Shown here one piece after another: positions 51,691 to 61,885 of a stretch of DNA of 64,000 nt. A program made the position numbers and the translations under genes. The notes below the pieces were generated by a model. It made no database searches, was not told the origin of the DNA, and worked only from the letters and a program-made list of their open reading frames with translations. The stretch covers positions 329,087-393,086 of the forward strand of contig JAAOMT010000096.1 in the NCBI GenBank assembly GCA_016748015.1, written 5' to 3'. Every line of letters begins with the position of its first letter. Position 1 is the first letter of the stretch. Origin of the DNA: Geosiphon pyriformis uo1. Taxonomy: Eukaryota > Fungi > Glomeromycota.

Positions 51691-54600
51691 GTGCACCTCC
51701 AAAGAATGAGAGTGCAAGCCAACCAGAAGAAAACCCTTTTTTTGCTTTTAACTTAACTGATGATGACCATAACATGGATGAATTAGCAATCAACACTTCT
51801 GAATCAACCAGAAAAAAGAAAAAAGCCAAGGTTGATTTCATTCTAGATCTCAACAAAGTCTCAACTTCCACTGCTGATAACAATGAGCCACCAAAAACCA
51901 AAGTTTTTAAGAATTCTCCAAAGTTGGAACCCCCAAAAATTGTACAAAAATCTGGACCCTATTCTGTTGTCAAAGATCTCATAGAAACCCCAGCACATAT
52001 TACCTTTGACCAGTTAATGACCCATTCACAGTTCAGAAAAGATCTCCACAAATCTCTAATTCCCAAAAAGAAAACACCAACAACCAATAAATGCTCTCAC
52101 CAAGCTGGACTTGCTGACAACAGCAATGTCACCCCTCTAATTTGCAAAGCACAAGTGGCTAATTACTTCATTGACTTGATCCTAAACAGTGGATCATTTG
52201 TTAATGTAATTGCCAAACACTTCCTTGAAGCAATTGGCAGAAAAATTAATGAGCCTTCCACCTGACCAATGACCAATGTACATGGTGACAAGAAGAAAAG
52301 TCTGGGCATTGCCAAAGCTATTCTTGTCTACATCATTGGTATCAGTATTGAAACTGACATGGAAGTTTCTGAAGCAAAAAAATACACCATTATTGTTGGC
52401 AATGAGTGGCTCAAGAAAGCAAAAGCCTTACTTGACTATGAACTTTGTAAGCTAACCATAAGATGTGGTAAAAAACCCATTGTGGTTAAATGTCATCATT
52501 GGACAACTCCTCCAGCAACCAAACAAAATCAAGAAGATGAGCAATCAGAGGAATCAGATGATAAAGAGAGTAATGAAGAAGATGAACAAAAAGAACAAAA
52601 AAAAACTGCTAAACCCGCCTACACCACCTTTACCAGCAATGGCAAATCACTAGACAATGTTAAAACTAATAGAAAGGGAATCATTGTAAACGGCAAGCTG
52701 ATCTGCTAGCCCTACTATGATATTCTAAGAAAAACCTTTGACCAAAAGTCTGGCAAGAAAGCCAAATACAATTATTGGTGGCATGGCCCTTGTGCCCAGT
52801 GCTGGTGCAATAAATCTTTGTATTCTCCAAGTGATGAATGCAAATCATGTCTGATCTATTACAAAGATTGGGAACCAATTAGCCTAATACCAAGAGATGA
52901 ATTAAAAAAAGTACATAAGTCCTTTGAGAATGAACCACCTAAGATCCAATTATTAGTAGTAAAACAAAGAGAACCCTCCTCAGAAGAAAGAAAGATAGAC
53001 ATTGAAAATCTGTTGGCAAGAAACAGCCCAGTTATCTCAAAAGAAGGTGATATCTCAGGATGAACTCATGTAATACAATACACCATTACTACTAGAGAAA
53101 CTTGCCCTTCTATTTGAAGCCTTATCAATTCAATCACTGAAATAATGAGTTCATCAAGAAAAAAATAAACTGGATGAAAAAACTTGGATTCATACAAGAA
53201 ACCAAGAATAAATGGGCTTTCCCAGTTGTAATGATATCCAAGAAAGATGAAACTCTACACTTCTGTGTTAACTACTGCCAATTAAATGCCATCACTGAAA
53301 GAGACATGTACCTACTTTCCAAAATTGATGCAATGCTGGACCAATTCAAAGATGCTGCTTTCTTTTCAACCATTGATCTAACTGCTGGATTCTGGCAAGT
53401 AGAGATAGATCTAGAAAGCCGAAAGAAAACCGCCTTCATCACCAAATATGACACCTATGAATTTACAGTCATGCTTTTTGGTCTCACTAATGCCTCTCCC
53501 ACCTTTCAATGCTTAATGAATAAAGTATTTGAATCAGTGAAAGAAAACTTTGTTCTGGTCTATCTGGACAATATAATGGTATATTCAAAAACTTGGGATG
53601 AACATCTTGAACATTTGCAAAAAGTTTTTGATCTTCTCAAAAATGCAGGTCTCAAGATCAACCCAATCAAATTTTTCTTTAGAAGACAATCCACCCAATT
53701 CCTTGGCCATCTTATTACAAAAGATGGAATTTTCTTTGATTCAGCCAAAGTGGAAAAAGTTCAGAACATAAGACAACCAATGAATGTTCATGAGTTATGT
53801 TTTTTCCTTGGTTTGGCCTCCTATTATCGCAAATTTGTTAAGGATTTCTCTAAAATTGCCTCTCTACTCAATCAGCTACTCAGGAAAAATATCAACTACC
53901 ATTGGGACACACATCAGCAGAAAGCATTTGAAACCCTCAAAGAAAAATTGGTTACAGAACCTATTTTTAAGCAACCTGATCTGGATCAATCTTTCATCCT
54001 TTACACTGATACATCTGGCTATGGACTTGGTGCTATTCTTTTACAAAAAGATGAAAATAGTAGGGAACATGCAATAGCCTATGCCAGTAGAACCCTTACA
54101 CCAGCAGAAAAGAACTATTCAGTTACTGAGCAGAAATGCTTAGCAGTAGTTTGTGTTACCAGCTACTGGGATAAGTATCTCCTTGGTGTGAAGTTTTTGG
54201 TAGTAACAGATCACCAAGCTTTGGTTTGGCTGCACAACAAAAAAAGACTAGAACATAAATAGATAGCCTGCTGAATACTCTACTTGGACGAATTTGACTA
54301 TGACATTCAACATTGCAAAGGAACACATCATCAAAACACTAACACTTTCTCTAAACTTACCATCCAGTGACAGTACAACTACCTCAAACCAAACCAACCT
54401 AATTATTAGTAATTCTCTCACAACCAAACTCGATAATGGACTTGGACAACTACTCTGCCTTAATAAAATTTTTGGGTAAAGGATAATACCCACTGGAATA
54501 CAATTGACAGCAAAAAGAACATTTGCGCAAACAATCAAATTTCTATTTGATCTGCCAAAACCAATTATACAAAAAAAACAGAAAAGATCCTGACCACTCC

Positions 54601-55752
54601 CAAAGAGTCATAAGATTTGAAGAAAGAGAAATTGTGATCTATAACATGCACACTGATCCATTAGCTGGACACTTTGGAAAAACAAAAACAATTCAGAAAA
54701 CTCTAGCTTGCTATTATTGGCCTACTTTAGAAAAAGACATTGCTGAGTACATTAAAACCTGTAATACCTGCCAAAGAAGAGGAAAACCCAATAGAAAAGA
54801 AGATATCCATCCAATTTTTGTTGGCCAACCATTTGACAGGATTGGTATAGATGTTGTTGGACCCTTAACAATAACTCCTGATGGCAACAGATATATTATC
54901 ACAGCTACTGACTATCTTACAAAGTGAATAGAAACAAGAGCCACTTCAAACCAAACAGCAGTTTCAATAGCCAATTTCATTTATGAAGATATCATCTGCC
55001 ATCATGGCTGCCCTAGAAAACTTTTATCTAATAGAGGAAAAGCTTTTCTTTGTACACTGGTTGAAGAACTTTGTAGAAAAATAGGAATACATCACAAACT
55101 TTTTTTCTCTTATCACCCCCAAACAAATGGCCTAGTAGAACGTTTTAATAGAACACTATGTGAAACTCTAGCCAAAACAAGTGAAGAAACAAACTTATGA
55201 AACAAAGTACTGCCTTCAGCTTTGTTTGCTTATAGAACTGTAAATTATAACATAACAAGTTATAAACCTTTTTATCTGCTCTATGAATGCATGGTAACAC
55301 TACCAATAGAAACTAACATTGAGACAATACCTTTTAAAGAGATCATAATAGCAAATTACAAAGACATTTTGCAAAGAAGACTTGGTACCATTCTTGACTC
55401 ATTGGTAGAAGCACGAATAATTGCTTTTGAAAAGATAAAACAGTTTCAAAAAAAGCTTAAAAAGAAGAAAACCCATAAAACACTTTCTTTAAGTGTTGGT
55501 GACTTGGTATTAGAATACCATTCAAACAGAGACAATGTCTATGGTAATAAATTCTCTAGCCAATGGAAAGGACCCTTTATAGTCAACAAAGTTTTGAACA
55601 ATGGCTCTTATATTCTTCAAGATCAATCCAGAACAATTTTTAATGATCAACCTGTTCATGGCACGTGACTCAAGAAATATTACAAACGACCTGATTAATT
55701 GCCTGTTATGGTAATACCAATTCAAATGATTAACAAAATCAAGTATAAATAA
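51678..55752 (+). pseudogene. pol: Gypsy pol: aspartic protease, Cys-rich spacer, RT, RNase H, integrase with GPF motif
   Basis: PR: LILNSGS, IIVGNEWL. RT: IDLTAGFWQV, FGLTNA, VYLDN. RH: YTDTSGYGLGAIL, TDHQAL. INT: H..GH...CNTC, IGIDVVGP, YHPQTNGLVERFN, WKGPF. Nonsense codons and two frameshifts. Confidence 0.95.
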
Positions 55753-55789
55753 ATGCATCATTTCCAAAACAGAGGTATTTTCAATCAAC

Positions 55790-56446
55790 ATGAACAATTA
55801 TTTTCTGGATCAAAACATTCAAAATGCCTTCTATACTTTCCATAAGTATTGGATTAAAAACTATCCAAATGCTATTTTGACCATTAGAAAACAGACCATC
55901 ATAACTGATAACAATAAAACATATACTGTTATTAAACCAAAGAAAACAACTACCAGAAGAGAAAGAATTGGTAGCAAAATGGATAAATATCTGCTAGAAA
56001 GTATAACAGCAGTGATACTTATACCTTCCACCACACTTGAAAAAACAATTAAAGAAATCTTACCCATAGACAAAAACTTGTCATATGGAAGACAACTAAA
56101 GCTTTATGGTTGTCTTGATGAAATTATAGATAACATGAAGCTCATGAAGAAAACAACTTCAGAGATACAAGCAGAAATTTTGGGCATTATATGATTAAAT
56201 ATTCCAAGAGTTTTAACCATTGCTAGAAGAGCCAAAACTCTAATACAAAGATTTGGTCTCTTGGATACAAAACTCATTTTGCCTTAAGTATTATACACTC
56301 TATCTACAAAAGACTTCAATAAATTAGTTAGCTTTGAGTTAGATAAAACTCTTTAAATAGATTACACTATAAATAGCTTGATTTTGCCAGAGCTTAATCT
56401 TTTTGAAGAAGATGATGTTATGGTTGAGACCTATACTTTTTATTAA
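55790..56446 (+). pseudogene. Extra third ORF between integrase and the 3' LTR, function unknown
   Basis: ATG at 55790 with 134 open codons. The same frame continues through three stops (LNIPRVLTIARRAKTLIQRFG...LSTKDFNKLV) and runs into the LTR. Confidence 0.6.
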
Positions 56447-57091
56447 TTATCACATGTATTAGCCACTGATATCATATGATTAGCCACACTATTTTTAGAA
56501 AGTGATCATTGACCTGATCAATTACCTGACTGTTGACCTGACCATTGACCTGATTATTGACTACTTTTGACAGCTATATAAGCAATGAATTTCTTAGCTG
56601 TAAAAAAGCATGTAATAACAAGCATCTAAATAATCAAGAATAAATAAAATAACAACTTTTATCTCAATTCTTCTCTTATTACTAATTTTTCTTTCCCTAC
56701 TTTCAAGTATTTGAACATCTTAAAGATAAAAGATTACTTGTTGGCCTTTTCCTGACATATATAATTGTAGCATTTAAAGATTATTTGAATAACGTAACTG
56801 AAAAACACAAATTGATACCTGATATTGAATTCTAAGAGCACCAACATGAGGCATAGAATTATACCAGTGGTGATCAATTGTTGACAGTATGGACTATCTC
56901 TCTACCTTTAGATTCCCCAGTTACCTTTAAAAAGAATAGCGACTCAGATATTTTATGAGACTGATCTCGCATATTGAATCCATACTCATTCAATTTGCTC
57001 TTTAAAGTTGAAATTTTTTTTGATTATTTTTATCACCCTACAATTTTGTTCTCTCTTGCTATCCGTTAGCTTGTTACTCCAACCTGTAACA
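56416..57091 (+). repeat. 3' LTR (676 bp) with five 12-bp units
   Basis: Direct repeat of 49348-50084. Confidence 0.95.
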
Positions 57092-60000
57092 GTATAAAGC
57101 TTTTATAAAATATGTGCAAGCATCAGTAGTGCTTTTACTAGTAAAGCTGGCAGCCATATATAAATCAGGATGTCACACCAGAAATGACCTAAACCAATCA
57201 ATATCTGCATGCAGTCTGCTCACTACAACCTGAGAACCAAAACCAATCTCTTAATGCATTCAACTAACAGATTAGAAAACATTATGAACAAAATGCCTAA
57301 ATTATCAGAGACTACACTACTACCAGCTCTAATGAAATGCTCTTTAATCTTATAAAAAAGATACTGGCCAGAAAGGAAAGCAGACTCTGTCAAAGTATCA
57401 GTGGTTTTATTGTTTGGAACATCTAAATGTTCCTTTACTTTGAGCCAGCTGACTTTCAAATTCTTATCACAAATCACACCCACAATGTGGTAATGCTTAA
57501 CCCAGCACCAGTTCCAAAAATCTGAATACAACAAAACCAGTTTAAACTTGCAACTATTCAAAACAGCCTAACTATCTAAAAAGAGATGAACCAAACTGGA
57601 AGATGGAACACATTCGAGTGCCAAAGCAATAGCTTGCAATTTCATCATAGTTGAAGATACCAAACCAGAAACTCTAACACCCAGGCCCAAACTAATATTC
57701 TTAAAAAAAACAGCCACTTCAGCTCTTATATCAGCAGTTCTCAAACAATAAAGAGATCTATTCATATAAACAAAAAAAAACCTTTACTAACACCCAACAA
57801 ATAATCACAAATGACAACAAAATTACAAGACTCAAAAATATTTAACAAACCCATTTTCTCTAAATGAGATAGACCAGCAGAAAAAAATGCCAAATCACTA
57901 AGAAAATGAACAAAAAGGTTAAATTATTTAAGAACAAAACCACATAAATCTAATTTTTTCTATCATTTGAATGTTTTTCAATCAAAAATTACACTGTTTT
58001 GATTATGAAGCTGTTCCATAAAAGCAATCCCATACTGCTGAAGTGAAAAAGTGCATTTATGAAATTTTGACACACCAAGAACAAGTGACATAGAAGTTCT
58101 ATCCTGAAAATGAAAAGCATTGGTTGTAAGACCATCCAAAGACAAATCACACTCCAGAAAAATGTGGACTATGTCAGCCAAAAAATTGTTCGAATAATTG
58201 ACATTCACATGAACTGGAAAAAGCAAAAAGTAACATAGAAGCCAGCTGAAGACCTGAAGATCATGTGATCTATGTGTGAACAAATGGTTCAAAACCCCAA
58301 TAGAGTTAGCAAAACAAACAACAGAAGTTCATTTGCTCTTGACTTGAATCTGTTTAAAAGATTTCAAATCATATAGAAAAGAGTAGTAAAACACATCATT
58401 GGGAAAATCATTAGAAAGACCAGATCTGGACTTCAAACCCTTGCAAATCAGAGTATCTTACTTATTACACAAACTGATGGAAATGTAACTGAACTGAGTT
58501 TTGTAATTAATAATAGGATAAAAAATTGCTTAAACCAAATACAAAAACTGTTTGTCAGAGACTGTCTTCTTTAAAACCAAATTGGCAAAAAACCAGACAT
58601 TTAAATATGTTTTAGCCAAGCTAGACTTCAACAAGTCTTCAGAAGACAAAAAAATATTCAGATAGCAATAAAATTTCCTCTGCTTGGCAATAGAAATAGA
58701 CACTCTATTAACTGACAAAAAAAGATTCATAACTCTGCAGTTGATAAAGATTGCCATAATCTTATTGTTATTTATAGAAATGTTATTGATTCTAAAAAAC
58801 CCACTGGCAATATTGAGAATATGTTGCATAGTAGCCTAACTACTACCAATCCAAATTGTGTTATTAACAAAGGCACTAGCAGCTAAAAACAAAGTTAGCC
58901 CAGTCTAAGATTTTATATGTCCAGTCCTTAAAATAAAATGAAAATTCAATCTAAAATCACACAAATATTTTTGTCTCTTGACTTTACACAAAAGTAAATC
59001 ATAAAATATGTGCCAGAGAAGAGATGAAAAAACCTCTCTCTGATTCAACTCATTATGCACTTAATATCCATTAATTAGACCAAAATCAATCATAATTTGG
59101 TTAACACAACTATTGTAAATGCTACCAAAAAACCTAATAAACTTGTCACACATCTTGATCCGAACCAGACTCTTTTTGAGATGCTCTCACTCAACAGAAT
59201 CATAAGCCTTATGCATGTCTTGCAAAACCAGCCACAATTCTCGATTTTTCTCTAAGGCATCTTTAATCATCAAACCAATAGCAAAAATAGGAAACTGTAT
59301 AGTCATATTTTTCAGAACAAAAAAATTGTTACCTCTAAAAACATCAAACTTACTGCAAGCCAAAGAGATTTTATCTGAAAGAATTTTGCAAGCTGTTTCA
59401 ATTAAGACAATAGAATTGGTATTCATAAAAACACTTTTCTATTTATACAGTTTTGAAATCATTGAAACTCAAGTCTCTTTCCAAGAAGAAAGAACCGATT
59501 TACATGTCAAACAAAAATTCAAAAGCACTATTAGCATGTTCAAAACAGATTCATTGCAATGTTTTCACAACTTATTGGATATGCCAAAAAGACCAGCAGC
59601 TTTCCCATTAGGCAGATCTGAGATAATATTAAATCTTTTGTCAAAACCAATCAGAATCATTACCTTTGAAAAAACATCATTAAAAACATAATTCAGTGGT
59701 TAGTATTAACAAGACCAGTCATCAAAGACATCAAAAACCACTTTACATTTACAAGTCCAGCATTCCATAATCTCATCAATCTTAATTTTAACCAAATTAG
59801 ACTCTAAAACCAGCTTTTTGTCCACTATAAAATAGTCCAACATGACTTTTTAAAAAGGATATTCCAGTATACTTCTGATGATATGACCCTTATCAAACAT
59901 AAAACTCTCTATCCTTTTATTAATAGCCAATTTGATCCAAGATTCTTTAGTACATTTGGATTTCAACAGTTTAGAGAAGTGATAAAATTTTCTAATCTTA

Positions 60001-60906
60001 GCCAAAGCTGATTTAATATTATCAAAACAAGACCCAGAACCAATGAGCAATATCACAGCAGCTGCATTAACAGTATCAAAACTCTCCCACTTAACCAGCA
60101 ATGAATCAAATTCATTATGAGAAACCAGTCAAGGTCTTTGACAATTTTAGAAACCAAAAGTTCAAGCTTGTAAAACCTAAATAATTCCCTAGTAAAAACA
60201 CAGTCATAGCCTTTGAACCACTTCTTCTTGAAGACTTCTTTAGTTAATAGGCTTATTACCTTATGGATAGTATCTCACATTGCATTCAAGTCCATAAACC
60301 TCTTAAACTCTATGAAATCTCCAGAAAACATAGCAGCATTAGCTGCCAAAAGTTTCTTGAATCTAGTTCATTTGGCATTACCTGCATCCTTAAAGTTAAA
60401 TTTCTAACAATTCTTGTTCACTTGCTTGCAAAGAGAGTTTAGCTGCACATCCAACAATCTACCCAAACTCAAAAACACAAAAACAGCTTTGTGATCAGTA
60501 TCAAAATAATCCCCAATTTCAGCCATACTATGATCTACCATTGTGTTGACCAAATTTGAGAAAACAAACACATAGTCAATTGTCTTAGCTACACTCTGAA
60601 AATTGTTCCAAGTTGGCATCTTTGCAAATAAGCTTCTATTTAAAGAATTAACCAAACCTAAATTAAGGCACTTTTTGAAATTGGCACACTTAGTAGAACT
60701 ATCTTCATTAAAATTACCACTCAAGACAACAAAAAAGAATTTATTAATTACTTTTGCAATCATAGAATTAATATTATTAGCCTAAAAAAAACAAACAGCC
60801 AGAGACATTCCAGCATAAAGCCCCAAAATTGACACAGAAAATTTGTTCTTAAAAAGCAATTTAATAGATAAGAGCCAACCAAATATCTCAGAAACTTTGC
60901 ATATGC

Positions 60907-61722
60907 TATTACAAGAAAGTTTTCTTGGTATATTTTAATTGTTGATATTCTGTTTTAATTGCAATCAGTCTCTTGTAAATTTCTTGATTTTATGTGTTGG
61001 ATATTAATGATAATATACTGAAGGTTTTCTCTTAATGTTGTGATGTAAGTCTTCTCTTTAATTCTAGTTGTCTTTGTATATTGTGTATTCCTTTTCAAAG
61101 ACTAATTTGAAATCTACCCACTGTTTGGAATTTTCTCTGAGGCTATCCTTGCAATTGCCTAATATGTTTTTTTAATCTAGAAACATGGAATATTAATAGT
61201 CTTTTTGCAATTTCTCTAAGTATATAATAAAGCTTTTTTAATTTAATTAGTAACTAAATGAATAATCTTGATCAGAAATTATTCTTTCAAAGAGTTCAAA
61301 GATGAAATGACAGTTTCATTTGCTAGAAAGGGTATGTAAATTTTATTGTTAATCTCGTAATTGTGATGTTTATTTAATTTATTATTTTTTTTATTAATTC
61401 TTTTTGAATAAAATTTTATTTAGATATTTATTGTTTTGAGTTAAAGCTATTCTTCTTTATCATTAAAAACTATTGTATATATATATAATTATTGTTTTAG
61501 AAAATAATGTTTTGTAATACTCTATTTCGGTTATTTCTAAATAGTGCTTGCTGCTTTTGTATAATAGTGCTTGCTGCTATTGTAAAATAGTGCTTGCTGC
61601 TTTTGCACAATAGTGCTTATTGTTATTTGTAAATCATTTTTTTTATAAATTGTTGCTGTGTTATTTCATGAGTGGCTAATTTATATTATTTATAATTCCT
61701 ATTAAATTCTTGAACTGTAACA
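60907..61722 (-). mobile_element. Solo LTR of a third family, inserted in the LINE E endonuclease
   Basis: Termini TATTACA (degenerate TGTTACA) and TGTAACA; perfect TSD ATGC (60903-60906 and 61723-61726). Four 23-bp tandem units AATAGTGCTTGCTGCTTTTGTAT at about 61540-61632. Orientation inferred from the order of repeat and TATA. Confidence 0.88.
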
Positions 61723-61885
61723 ATGCATTTTGTTAAAGAAGATTTCATGATAATCACAACACTAGCACCCAGATAACCAGATTCCAAACTGGAAGTAAAT
61801 ATCTGCACACCATCAAATTTGTTGACAATTCAGAAATAAACTTTTCCCTTTAGCTTTGATTTAGTAAAAATAAAAATCAAGTTGC

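Larger units (their letters stand above)
49348..57091 (+). mobile_element. Full-length Ty3/Gypsy LTR retrotransposon, inactivated
   Basis: LTRs at 49348-50084 and 56416-57091 (TG...CA). Perfect TSD GTAT (49344-49347 and 57092-57095). PBS and purine tract (56405-56415). Domain order gag-PR-RT-RH-INT. Confidence 0.97.
47635..61885 (-). mobile_element. LINE copy E (APE through 3' poly-A), interrupted by three LTR insertions and 5'-truncated
   Basis: T-run at 47635-47643. The 3' UTR rejoins across the solo LTR. ORF2 reads through the Gypsy insertion site (TYFIKALY|Y*LFVIVHKYLY). RNase H at about 57400-57765; RT LQDMHKAYDSV at about 59200; APE SGNFNE and TIDYVFV at 60404-60763; APE N-terminus at 61723-61885. 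Confidence 0.9.

Noticed and set aside
55790-56446. Retroviral env glycoprotein
   Set aside because: No signal peptide, transmembrane anchor or Cys-rich ectodomain is visible; kept only as an unknown ORF3.
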